DNA of 64,000 nt, taken from positions 3,510-67,509 of the forward strand of contig JBBQNN010000001.1 in the NCBI GenBank assembly GCA_038329965.1, given 5' to 3'. This document shows, piece by piece, positions 42,927 through 51,855 of this stretch. The notes beneath the pieces are model-generated. The model saw only the letters and a program-made list of their open reading frames with translations, made no database searches and had not been told where the DNA came from. This DNA is from Mycobacteriales bacterium. Its GTDB lineage: Bacteria; Actinomycetota; Actinomycetes; Mycobacteriales; QHCA01. Every line of letters starts with the position of its first letter. Position 1 is the first letter of the stretch. The position numbers were made by a program, and so were the translations under genes.

Positions 42927-43925
42927 ATGCCGCGAGTGCGACGGCGTCACCTAGCAGCATTGATGACCCTCACCGCCGCCGGCCTGGTGGCAGCGACCCT
43001 GTATTCGGGGCCCGCTCCCGCTGCCGTGGCCCGCGATGGGGAGGCCCCGCGGCAGCCGGCGGTGACGACCGGTGCCGCGGCGCTGGCCGATCCGGTGGTC
43101 GTGGCAGCGGGCGACATCTCCACCATGTCCAAGACCGGCGGCAACAAGCTCACCTCCGACCTGATCCTCCGGATCAACCCGGACTACGTCCTCGCGCTCG
43201 GCGACGACCAGTACGGCGTCGGCGCGCTTGCCGACTACAACACGTTCTTCAGCGCGACCTGGGGTCGGTTCAAGGGCAAGATCCGCCCCGCACCCGGCAA
43301 CCACGAGTACTACACGGACACCTCTGCCGCGGGCTACTACACCTACTTCGGCTCCGTGGCCTCTCCACAGGAGACGGGGTGCACCGCCGCCTGTAAGGGC
43401 TACTACAGCTACGACGTGGGCAGCTGGCACATTGTCGCGCTCAACACCAACAACAACGATTGCCAGTACGTCGGCTGCCAGTCCGGCTCGGCCCAACTGA
43501 AGTGGCTGGAGGCCGACCTGGCCACCACGTCCAAGAGTTGCATCATGGCCTACTTCCACCACCCGCGTTGGTCGTCGGGCACCCACCACGGCAGCCAGGT
43601 GGCCATGGGTGACATCTGGAGCACGCTGTACGCGCACGGCACCGACCTCGTGCTCAACGGCCACGAGCACAACTACGAGCGTTTCGCCAAGCAGAGCCCC
43701 ACTGCCCGGGCCGACGCAGCGCGGGGGATCCGCGAGTTCGTCGTGGGCACCGGCGGCAACGGGCTCTACGGGCTCGGCACCCCGATCGCCAACAGCCAGG
43801 TGCGCAACAGCAACAGCAAGGGCGTCCTGAAGCTCACCCTGCACGCCGACGGCTACGACTGGCAGTTCCAGCCCGCGGCCGGCTACACCTTCACCGACGC
43901 CGGCAGCGACACCTGCAACGCCTAG
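42927..43925 (+). CDS. Secreted metallophosphoesterase (calcineurin-like)
   Basis: Signal peptide, then GDIS, GDDQY, GNHEY and GHEHNYER metallophosphatase motifs. Confidence 0.85.
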   Translation: MPRVRRRHLAALMTLTAAGLVAATLYSGPAPAAVARDGEAPRQPAVTTGAAALADPVVVAAGDISTMSKTGGNKLTSDLILRINPDYVLALGDDQYGVGALADYNTFFSATWGRFKGKIRPAPGNHEYYTDTSAAGYYTYFGSVASPQETGCTAACKGYYSYDVGSWHIVALNTNNNDCQYVGCQSGSAQLKWLEADLATTSKSCIMAYFHHPRWSSGTHHGSQVAMGDIWSTLYAHGTDLVLNGHEHNYERFAKQSPTARADAARGIREFVVGTGGNGLYGLGTPIANSQVRNSNSKGVLKLTLHADGYDWQFQPAAGYTFTDAGSDTCNA

Positions 43926-43936
43926 CCGGGTAGCGG

Positions 43937-44605
43937 ATGACCACCAAGAGCGAGCAGCGAAGCGATCCGATCCGGTTGTTCCTGCTCGACGACCACGAGA
44001 TCGTCCGCCGAGGGGTCAAGGAGTTACTCGAAGCCGAGGGCGACATCGTCGTCGTCGGTGAGGCGTCGACCGCGGCGGAGGCCATGGTCCGCGTGCCGGC
44101 GGTCCGGCCCGAGGTGGCCGTCCTCGACGTACGGCTGCCCGACGGCGACGGCGTGACCGTCTGTCGCGACCTGCGCTCCCTCCTGCCCGACCTCGCGTGC
44201 CTGATGCTGACGTCCTTCGCCGACGACGACGCGCTCTACGACGCGGTACTGGCCGGCGCGGCCGGATACGTGCTCAAGCAGATCCGCGGCATCGACCTCG
44301 TCGGCGCGGTCCGTACCGTCGCCGCCGGCGGCTCCCTGCTGGACGCGAAGACGACGGCGCAGGTGCTGGCCCGCCTGCGCGACCAGGCCAACCGTGCCGA
44401 TCCACTGGCCGGCCTCACCGACCAGGAGCGCCGCATCCTCGAACTGATCGGCGAGGGCCTGACCAACCGGCAGATCGGCGAGCGCATGTTCCTGGCCGAG
44501 AAGACGGTCAAGAACTACGTCTCGGCGCTGCTGGCCAAGCTCGGCATGGAGCGGCGCACCCAGGCGGCCGTCTTCACCACCGAGCTGCGCCATCAGCGAC
44601 CATGA
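43937..44605 (+). CDS. dosR: NarL/LuxR-family response regulator, DosR/DevR ortholog
   Basis: Colinear with Mtb DevR: [25 protein letters not shown] (phospho-Asp), LTDQERRIL and [30 protein letters not shown]. Confidence 0.92.
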   Translation: MTTKSEQRSDPIRLFLLDDHEIVRRGVKELLEAEGDIVVVGEASTAAEAMVRVPAVRPEVAVLDVRLPDGDGVTVCRDLRSLLPDLACLMLTSFADDDALYDAVLAGAAGYVLKQIRGIDLVGAVRTVAAGGSLLDAKTTAQVLARLRDQANRADPLAGLTDQERRILELIGEGLTNRQIGERMFLAEKTVKNYVSALLAKLGMERRTQAAVFTTELRHQRP

Positions 44606-44631
44606 CCGGCCCCGGCGAGCACCCGCGGACG

Positions 44632-46362
44632 CTAGCGAGGTATCGGCGCGCGCCAGACGATCTCTGTGCCGCCGCCCTCGCGGGCCTCGGCGGAGAACAT
44701 GCCGCCCAGTTCGGCCGCCCGCTCTGCGAGGTTGAGCAGGCCGCTGCGGCGCCCGCCCGCCGGTAGCCCGATCCCGTCGTCGGACACCGTCAGCGTCACG
44801 TCGTGCTCGCCGACCTGCACCGACGCCGTGGTCCGCGCGGCGTGTGCGTGACGGGCCACGTTGGTCAACGACTCTCGCAGCACCGCCACCAACTGCTCGG
44901 CGAGGTCCGGCGGTACCCGGGTGTCGACCAACCCGTCGAAGCGGACCGTCGGCGGGTAGCCGAGCAGCTCACCGGCCTCCCCGCTCACAGCAAGCAGCCG
45001 GTGCCGCAGGCTGGCTGGGACGGAGCGCTCAGCCGACTGCAGCGCATAGATGGTCGAGCGGATCTCCAGGATCGTCTCGTCAAGCTCACCGACGACGCGG
45101 TGCACCTTCGCCTGCGCCTCCGGGGAGTCCATCAGCCGGGTGGCGCTCTCCAGTTGCATGCCGCTGGCGAACAGCCGCTGGATCACCAGATCGTGCAGGT
45201 CACGAGCGATCCGGTCGCGGTCCACGAAGAGCCGGAGACGCTCGGTCTCGCGCTGTTGCCGGGCGAGTTCGAGCGCGACCGCGGCCTGGCCGGCGAACGC
45301 CTTGAGCATGTTCAGGTCGAGGGCGCTGAAGTCCTCGCCACCGATGCGGTTGGCGACGGTCAGGACACCCTGCACGGTGCCGCGGGCCACGAGCGGCGCG
45401 AGCAGCAGCGGGCCGTGGGAGCGGCCGCTCACCGGACCGGGCGTCGCGTCGAGGTCCGGACGCACATCGGGGACGTTCAGCGGCTCGCCGGTCTGGAACG
45501 TGCGGCCGGCCAGTGACCCGGCGACCGGCACCTTGGCTCCTCGTACCTGGTCCGCGTCCACGCCGAAGGCGACCTCGACGAGCAGGGCACCGTCGCCGTG
45601 CGGCAGCAGGATGGTCGCCGTGTCCGCGGCCGTGAGGTGACAGGCGCGCTCGGCGATCACGCCGAGGACCTCGTCCGGGTCGGTGCCGGACAGCAGCAGG
45701 GTCGTGACGTCGGCGGAGGCCCGCTGCCAAGCCTCGCGCAGGCGCGCCGACTGGTAGAGCCGGGCGTTCTCGACCGCGACCCCGGCCGCCGCGGCCAACG
45801 CCTGCACGACACTCTCGTCGGCCTCGTCGAACTCGCCGCCGCCTCGCTTCTCGGTCAGGTACAGGTTGCCGAACACCGCGTCGCGGACCCGGACGGGCAC
45901 GCCGAGGAAGGAACGCATGGCCGGATGGCGGGCCGGGAAGCCGTAGGCCGCCGGGTGCTTGTTGAGGTCGGCCAGCCGCAGCGCGCGCTGGTCCTTCATC
46001 AGCAGCCCGAGGATGCCGTGGCCGCTGGGCAGCGCGCCGATCCGGCGCTGGGTCTCGTCGTCGACGCCGACGGTGATGAACTGCGACAGCCGGTTGTCCT
46101 CCCCGGTGACACCGAGCGCGCCGTATTCGGCGTCGACCAGCACGACGGCCGCTTCGACGATCCGGCGCAGCACCGTCTGCAGGTCCAGGTCGCTGCCGAC
46201 GCTCAGCACGGCGTCGAGGAGGGCGTGCATCCGGTCCCGGGTCGCGCGGATCGTGTCGAGCCGGTTCTGCAACTCGGCCAACAGGTCGTCGAGGTGCAAC
46301 TGCGGGCGGATCATGCCCGGAGCGGGCGGCGGTTCGGCTTTCTCCGGGTCCACACCCCGCAT
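44632..46362 (-). CDS. dosS: GAF-GAF histidine kinase, DosS/DosT-type heme sensor; alternative starts at 46392 and 46314
   Basis: GAF-A with RHPAMRSFLGVPVRV (heme His) and FGNLYLTEK (distal Tyr). H-box DRDRIARDLHDLVIQRLF. HATPase_c at the C-terminus. ~576 aa, similar to DevS. Confidence 0.9.
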   Translation of the reverse strand: MRGVDPEKAEPPPAPGMIRPQLHLDDLLAELQNRLDTIRATRDRMHALLDAVLSVGSDLDLQTVLRRIVEAAVVLVDAEYGALGVTGEDNRLSQFITVGVDDETQRRIGALPSGHGILGLLMKDQRALRLADLNKHPAAYGFPARHPAMRSFLGVPVRVRDAVFGNLYLTEKRGGGEFDEADESVVQALAAAAGVAVENARLYQSARLREAWQRASADVTTLLLSGTDPDEVLGVIAERACHLTAADTATILLPHGDGALLVEVAFGVDADQVRGAKVPVAGSLAGRTFQTGEPLNVPDVRPDLDATPGPVSGRSHGPLLLAPLVARGTVQGVLTVANRIGGEDFSALDLNMLKAFAGQAAVALELARQQRETERLRLFVDRDRIARDLHDLVIQRLFASGMQLESATRLMDSPEAQAKVHRVVGELDETILEIRSTIYALQSAERSVPASLRHRLLAVSGEAGELLGYPPTVRFDGLVDTRVPPDLAEQLVAVLRESLTNVARHAHAARTTASVQVGEHDVTLTVSDDGIGLPAGGRRSGLLNLAERAAELGGMFSAEAREGGGTEIVWRAPIPR

Positions 46363-46413
46363 TCTGCCCTTCTCGGGGCGGGACGATCGCATAGCACGAT
46401 GTCGGAGCGTCCG

Positions 46414-46433
46414 AGAGGGACCTAAGTCCCACC
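46414..46433. promoter_or_regulatory. DosR box (AGAGGGACCTAAGTCCCACC)
   Basis: Palindromic core GGGACCTAAGTCCC at 46417-46430, compared with the consensus TTSGGGACTWWAGTCCCSAA. It lies in the 166-bp divergent dosS/acg intergenic region. Confidence 0.6.
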
Positions 46434-46528
46434 CGAATGCGACGGAGGCCCCTGTGCCCGGGAGCCGGGTGCAGACACGGTAGAGACAGTGCGGTCCTTC
46501 GTACCCGAGTGATCCATGGGGAGTTGCT

Positions 46529-47545
46529 GTGAACGCCACCGATCCGACCACCGACGACGAGGTTCTGCTCGTCGCAGCGGAGGCTGCCACGCTGGCCCCA
46601 TCCGTACACAACAGCCAACCCTGGGGATTCAGCCTGCACGGCGAGACCCTCGACGTGTTCGCCGACCGCAGCAGGTGGCTGCCCGCCACGGACCCGACCG
46701 GCCGGGAGCTGATGATCAGCTGCGGGGCGGCGATCTGCTACGCCGGGCTGGCGCTGCGCGGCATGGGGCGCGATGTCCGGACCACCCTGCTGCCGGACCC
46801 GACCCAGCCCGATCACCTCGCCCAGCTGTCCTTGACCGGCCGCCGGCCGCCGTCGTACTCCGAACGTGCCCTGATCAGGGCGCTCCCGATCCGGTACACC
46901 GACCGTGGCAGGTACGAAGACCGGCCGGTCCCGGCGGCGCTGATCGAGGAGCTCGCGCGGGGGGTTGCCGCTCACGGAGCCTGGCTGCGGCCCATCGTGA
47001 CCGCCGAGGACGAGATCGACACTGCGGTCCTCCTGAGTCATGCCGACGCGATCGAGCGGGCCGATCCGGCGGCCGTGGGAGAGCTGGCGGCGTGGAGCCG
47101 GCACGACGACGACGCCCTCGACGGCATTCCCCGCCCAGCCGTGCCGAGCACGCCGGTCGCCGAGCGGGCCTCGAACTACCGGTTGAGGGACTTCGACGTC
47201 GGCGGCCGGGCACCGTCGCACGAGGACCGGCCGGACGCATCCGACGCCGCCCCCCTGTCCGCCGAGCACCCCCTGGTGGTGATCATCGGCACCCCGGACG
47301 ACGATCCGCGTGCCTGGCTGCAGGCCGGTCAGGCACTGGGCTGGCTGCTCCTGCGCGCGACCGCCGACGGGGTCACCGCGGCGCCGATGACCCAGGTGCT
47401 GGAGTTGCCCGCCACCCGGGGTCAGCTGGGCAATGCGCTGCAACTCGTCGGGCACCCGCAGATGCTGCTCCGGATGGGCTATGGCGCCGGGCGACCGACG
47501 ACCCATCGGCGGCCGGTCAGCGACACCCTCACCGTCGTCCGGTGA
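46529..47545 (+). CDS. acg: Acg-family nitroreductase-fold protein (Rv2032/Rv3131-like)
   Basis: APSVHNSQPW signature and a duplicated nitroreductase fold of ~338 aa. GTG start after GGGGAG. Confidence 0.88.
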   Translation: MNATDPTTDDEVLLVAAEAATLAPSVHNSQPWGFSLHGETLDVFADRSRWLPATDPTGRELMISCGAAICYAGLALRGMGRDVRTTLLPDPTQPDHLAQLSLTGRRPPSYSERALIRALPIRYTDRGRYEDRPVPAALIEELARGVAAHGAWLRPIVTAEDEIDTAVLLSHADAIERADPAAVGELAAWSRHDDDALDGIPRPAVPSTPVAERASNYRLRDFDVGGRAPSHEDRPDASDAAPLSAEHPLVVIIGTPDDDPRAWLQAGQALGWLLLRATADGVTAAPMTQVLELPATRGQLGNALQLVGHPQMLLRMGYGAGRPTTHRRPVSDTLTVVR

Positions 47546-50241
47546 CGATCACAGCGGCGGCCCCGCCCGGCATCGACGTCCTGCTCGTCGACGGGCAGAT
47601 CGCGACGATCCGGCCGGTCTGCCCGGGCGACGCAGCGCTGCTGGCGACGCTGTACGACGGGCTGTCGACCGACACGCTCTACCTGCGTTTCTTCACCAGG
47701 GCCCGCAGGTCTGCCGAGCGCGACATCGTGCGGCTCCTGCGCGCCGACCCGGACTGCCGGTCCTTCCTCGTGGAACTGGCCGGCGCCACGGTCGCGGTGG
47801 CGGGCTACGAGCGGCTCACCGACCGCTCCACCGCCGAGGTCGCCCTGGTGGTGGCCGACCGTCTCCGGGGGATGGGCATCGGGACGCTGCTCGTCGAGCA
47901 CTTGGCGGCAACCGCGGTCGCCCAGGGGATCACCGCCTTCGTGGCCGAGACCCTGCCCGAGAACGCACGGATGCTGCACGTCTTCCGCGACGTCGGGCTG
48001 TCGGCGACGGCCCGCAGCGATCACGGTGTCGTGCACGTCAGGATCGCGCTCACCAGCACAGAGGGTTACCGGACCGCGGTCGAGCGGCGCGAAGCCCGTG
48101 CCGAGGCGGCCTCACTGCGGCGGGTGCTGGCGCCGCGTTCGATCGTCGTCGTCGGGGCCGGCCGCGCGCCCTCCGGCCTCGGCCATCAGGTGCTCGCCAA
48201 CATCGTGGCCGGTGGCTTCGCGGGTCAGCTTGCCGCGGTCAACCGCAGCGGGGAGCGGGTGTGCGGGCAGCAGGCGTACTCCACCCTGCTGGAGGTTCCG
48301 GGCCTGGTCGACCTGGTCGTGATTGCCGTCCCCTTCAAAGCCGTACTCGCGGTCGCGCAGGCCGCCGCGGTCTGTGGGGCGGCCGGGGTCGTGGTGATCA
48401 GCGCGGGGTTCGCCGAGACGGGGCCGGAGGGTGCCGCCATGCAGGCCGATCTGCTGCGCGTCTGCCGGACGGCCAGCATGCGGCTGATCGGGCCCAACTG
48501 CATGGGGATCGCCAACGCCGCATCCGACGTCGCGCTGAACGCCACCTTCTGCGAGACCCTGCCGCCGCCCGGCGGGATCGCGCTGATGTCGCAGTCCGGA
48601 GCGGTCGGCATCGCCGCCCTGCGGTACACCGCGCGTACCGGGGTCGGCATCTCCTCGTTCGTGTCCGCAGGGAACAAGCCGGACGTGTCCGGCAACGACC
48701 TGCTCTGCTACTGGGAGAACGACCCGCACACCACCGTGTGCGCGCTCTACCTGGAGTCGTTCGGCAACCCGCGCAAGTTTGCCCGTGTGGCCGCCCGGGT
48801 CGGCCGCAGCAAGCCGATCGTCGCGGTGAAGTCCGGTCGATCGGTGTCCGGGACGCGGGGTGTGGCCTCGCACACGGCCGCGGCGGCCACCCCCGACGTC
48901 ACCGTCGACAGCCTGTTCGCGCAGGCGGGGGTCATCCGGGTGGGCACGCTGGCGGAGTTGCTCGACGTCGCGACCATCTTGCACCGTGCCCCGCTGCCGG
49001 CCGGCCGCCGCGTTGCGATCATCGGCAACAGCGGTGGCCCTGGCGTGCTGGCCGCGGACGCGTGCGAGGCCGCCGGGCTGCTGGTGCCGACCCTGTCGGA
49101 GCCGACCGCGGGGGCGCTGGCCGCGTTGCTGCCCGGTGGTGACGCCTCGGGCAATCCGATCGACCTGCTGGCCGGGGCGGGCCCAGCCGGCGTCGAGGCG
49201 GCGCTACGGATTCTCGTCGCCGCCGACGAGATCGACGCCGTCATCACCATCCACACCCAGGTGCGCCCTGGCGGCGCCGAGGAGATGGCGGCCGCGATCG
49301 CTCGCGTCCGTGCCGGCCGGCCCGGCACGCCTATCCTCAGCGTGTTCCTCGGCCTCGACGAGATCCCCGAGGCCCTGCGGGACGACACCGGCGGCCCCGT
49401 TGTGCCCTACTTCACCTTTCCCGAGGCCGCCGCAGCCGGGCTCGCCGCGGCGACCAAGTATGCCGAGTGGCGAGCACGTCCACCCGGGCACAGAGCAACC
49501 CTGACCGGCATCGAGCCAGCCGCCGCACGGGCCATCGCGGACGAGGCGCTGCGGGGGGCGCCGGGGGGCGGTTGGCTGGACGCCTCGACCGCGGCCAGGC
49601 TGGTCGCCGCGTACGGCGTCCGCGTCGCCGCCACCGTGTCGGTCCACGACGCCGCGCAGGCTGCGGCGGCGGGCGAGGCGATCGGCGGCTCGGTCGCCAT
49701 GAAAGCCGCGGCGGGGGACCTGGTACACAAGACCGAGCTCGGCGGCGTCCGGCTCGACCTCACCGGTCCCGAGCAGATCCGGGCCGCCTACGACGAGATG
49801 GTCACCCGGCTGGGGACGGCCATGCGCGGTGCCGTGGTGCAGCCGATGGTCGGCGAAGGCGTGGAGACCGCCATCGGCGTCGTGCACGACCCGAGCTTCG
49901 GGCCGATGGTGATGTTCGGTCTCGGCGGGGTGGCCAGCGACCTGCTGGCCGATCGATCGTTTCGACTGCTGCCCATGACGGTCGAGGACGCGGCCGGCCT
50001 GGTCCGGTCACTGCGCGGAGCGCCGCTGCTGTTCGGCTACCGCGGTACGCCGGCCTGCGACGTGGCCGCCCTCGAGGACATGCTGCTGCGGGTCGCCCGG
50101 CTGGCCGCGGATCTGCCGGAGCTGGCCGAGCTCGACCTCAACCCGGTGATCGCCGGCCCGGACGGCGCCATCGCCGTCGACGTCAAGGTGCGGCTGCATC
50201 CGGTGCCGGTCGCCGATCCGTTGCTGCGCCGCCTGCGCTGA
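47542..50241 (+). CDS. GNAT N-acetyltransferase fused to an NDP-forming acyl-CoA synthetase-like module (PatA-type protein acetyltransferase architecture)
   Basis: N-terminal GNAT (VVADRLRGMGIGTLL), then a CoA-binding domain (IVVVGAGR...LIGPNCMGI), a succinyl-CoA-ligase-like region (SHTAAAA), and a C-terminal ATP-grasp. GTG 47542 overlaps the acg stop (GTGA). The upstream 340 aa of the listed 1241-aa ORF are out-of-frame read-through of acg. Confidence 0.88.
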   Translation: MTITAAAPPGIDVLLVDGQIATIRPVCPGDAALLATLYDGLSTDTLYLRFFTRARRSAERDIVRLLRADPDCRSFLVELAGATVAVAGYERLTDRSTAEVALVVADRLRGMGIGTLLVEHLAATAVAQGITAFVAETLPENARMLHVFRDVGLSATARSDHGVVHVRIALTSTEGYRTAVERREARAEAASLRRVLAPRSIVVVGAGRAPSGLGHQVLANIVAGGFAGQLAAVNRSGERVCGQQAYSTLLEVPGLVDLVVIAVPFKAVLAVAQAAAVCGAAGVVVISAGFAETGPEGAAMQADLLRVCRTASMRLIGPNCMGIANAASDVALNATFCETLPPPGGIALMSQSGAVGIAALRYTARTGVGISSFVSAGNKPDVSGNDLLCYWENDPHTTVCALYLESFGNPRKFARVAARVGRSKPIVAVKSGRSVSGTRGVASHTAAAATPDVTVDSLFAQAGVIRVGTLAELLDVATILHRAPLPAGRRVAIIGNSGGPGVLAADACEAAGLLVPTLSEPTAGALAALLPGGDASGNPIDLLAGAGPAGVEAALRILVAADEIDAVITIHTQVRPGGAEEMAAAIARVRAGRPGTPILSVFLGLDEIPEALRDDTGGPVVPYFTFPEAAAAGLAAATKYAEWRARPPGHRATLTGIEPAAARAIADEALRGAPGGGWLDASTAARLVAAYGVRVAATVSVHDAAQAAAAGEAIGGSVAMKAAAGDLVHKTELGGVRLDLTGPEQIRAAYDEMVTRLGTAMRGAVVQPMVGEGVETAIGVVHDPSFGPMVMFGLGGVASDLLADRSFRLLPMTVEDAAGLVRSLRGAPLLFGYRGTPACDVAALEDMLLRVARLAADLPELAELDLNPVIAGPDGAIAVDVKVRLHPVPVADPLLRRLR

Positions 50242-50259
50242 CCGAGCCGTACGGTTGCC

Positions 50260-50391
50260 GCCGTCGGTGACAGCGGGAACGTCGCCCTTGGGGATGTGCG
50301 GATCGGTCCCGCAGATCGTCACGGCGTCGACCCGCACGATCGCGTCGCACAGCGGATCGTGGCCTGGCACGAGGGTGGTGCCTGGGCCCAT
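50260..50391 (-). pseudogene. Remnant (about 44 codons) of the N-terminus of a Zn-dependent alcohol dehydrogenase
   Basis: MGPGTTLVPGHDPLCDAIVRVDAVTICGTDPHIPKGDVPAVTDG matches the ADH_N motif (D)AIVRV.A..ICGTDLHILKGDVP.VTDG(RILGHE). Homology stops ~19 nt from the stop of the convergent gene. The ATG overlaps the upstream methyltransferase stop (TGATG). Confidence 0.6.
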
Positions 50392-51275
50392 CAACCAGAG
50401 CTGGGTCGTGGTTTGCGGCCCACGCCGCCGAGGATGATGTGGTAGACCGGTGGCAGTTCCTGTAGCAGCGGGCCGGCCGGCCACCATTGGTGAAGGGGGA
50501 CCAGACCGGGGTCGACCATTTCCAGCCCGTCGAACAGAGTTTCGATTTCGGCGCGTGGCCGCCAATGCGTGGTGGCGTTCGTCGAGTGGTAGGCCGCCTC
50601 GGTGGCCTGGGCCAGTCGGCTGACTTCGCTGCCGTCGGCCGGGTCGTGCACGTGGGTGAGCGCGACGTAGGAGCCTGGTGCCAGTCGGCTGACGTAGCCG
50701 GCCATGACGGCCTGCTGGTCGGCGAGCCTGTCGATGTGATGGATGGTGGCGCATTGGATCAGCCCGACCGGCCGGTCGAGGTCGAGGAATGCGGCCACCT
50801 TGGTGTCTTCGAGCAACTCGGCCGGGCGGGTGAGGTCGGCAGCCACGAAGCAGGTGTTTTCGTTGTCTTCCAGCAGCGCTCGGCCGTGGGTGACCACTGC
50901 GGGGTCGTTGTCGACGTAGACCACCTTGGCAGCGGGGTTGACCTTGTGGGCGACCTCGTGGGTGTTGTCCATCGTCGGCAGCCCCGATCCGCAGTCGAGG
51001 AACTGGTCGATGCCGGCGCCGCCGAGTTCGGTGCGGGCGACCAGCCATTTGATGACGTGGCGTGACCAGGCGCGGTGTTCCCTGGCCATGGTCGGTATGT
51101 GGGGATCGATCGCGAGCGCGCGGTCGAGCACTTCGCGGTCGGCCTGGTAGTTGTCCTTGCCGCCGAGCGCATAGTCATAGACGCGGGCGATGCTCGGGAT
51201 CGTGGGGTCGATCTCCGGGTCGGATTTGGCGTCGTCGTCGTCGTCACGTCGCCGTGAGCGATTTGTCGGTTGCAT
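50391..51275 (-). CDS. SAM-dependent methyltransferase (Methyltransf_19/DUF574-like, Streptomyces-type)
   Basis: ARVYDYALGGKDNY, LDCGSGLPT and VVYVDNDP motifs. ATG 51275 (MQPTNRSRRRDDDDD). Confidence 0.85.
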   Translation of the reverse strand: MQPTNRSRRRDDDDDAKSDPEIDPTIPSIARVYDYALGGKDNYQADREVLDRALAIDPHIPTMAREHRAWSRHVIKWLVARTELGGAGIDQFLDCGSGLPTMDNTHEVAHKVNPAAKVVYVDNDPAVVTHGRALLEDNENTCFVAADLTRPAELLEDTKVAAFLDLDRPVGLIQCATIHHIDRLADQQAVMAGYVSRLAPGSYVALTHVHDPADGSEVSRLAQATEAAYHSTNATTHWRPRAEIETLFDGLEMVDPGLVPLHQWWPAGPLLQELPPVYHIILGGVGRKPRPSSG

Positions 51276-51603
51276 CCCAGCAGCGTAAGGCCAGACGCCC
51301 GGCCGCGGCACTCCTCGGAGTGTCGCCGTCTGCGGGCAACGTGCCGTTCGAGCTTGACGGACAAGCCGGTCCTGGCGCTGTAGAGAAGTACCTCGGTGAC
51401 CGGGTCGCCGGGCCATGTACGAGGCGACGGCCGCAGGGCGCTGCCAATTCGTCATCTTCGACGAGAATCGCGCCACCCGGTAGCGGGCGGCCGTCCATGG
51501 CGAACGCCCTCCGGAAGGCCCTGACGGCAGCGAGCTGAGCCCGCGCGCTACCGCAGGCAACCCCCGCAGTCATTACCGCCGGTCATTTGATACGCATCCA
51601 TCG

Positions 51604-51688
51604 TGTCCGAGGGGGGACTTGAACCCCCACGCCCCGTAAAGGGCACTAGCACCTCAAGCTAGCGCGTCTGCCATTCCGCCACCCGGAC
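51604..51688 (-). tRNA. tRNA-Leu (anticodon GAG)
   Basis: The reverse complement folds as a cloverleaf. Acceptor stem is GTCCGGG/CTCGGAC and the anticodon arm is CTAGC-TTGAGGT-GCTAG. It has a 17-nt long variable arm and a T arm GGGGG-TTCAAGT-CCCCC. The discriminator is A and CCA is not encoded. Confidence 0.93.
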
Positions 51689-51855
51689 CGGGAACGCGAC
51701 CGTACCGGCCGCGGTCAGCAACTCTACCCAACCCGGTCCCGACCTCGAAGGACGACCATAACCGGCGTACTTGTCCGCTCTTGTGCCGCGAGTCGCATTA
51801 GCGTTACGGTACGAGCGCGTTACCTACCGTGATCAGTGTCGACTCGGGAGGCATC

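Noticed and set aside
46516-50241. A single 1241-aa ORF spanning the acg region and the GNAT/ACS gene.
   Set aside because: The first ~340 codons are an alternative frame of the acg gene, are Arg/Pro-rich, and show no homology. The family-like sequence starts at GTG 47542, which overlaps the acg stop.
50242-51603. An att-type direct repeat of the tRNA-Leu 3' end, or an integrase remnant that would prove an integrated element.
   Set aside because: By eye I found no copy of the tRNA 3' segment (..GGACTTGAACCCCC..) between 49.9 and 51.6 kb. No integrase-like translation appears in any frame of the 330-nt spacer. The islet interpretation therefore rests only on codon usage and the truncated ADH.
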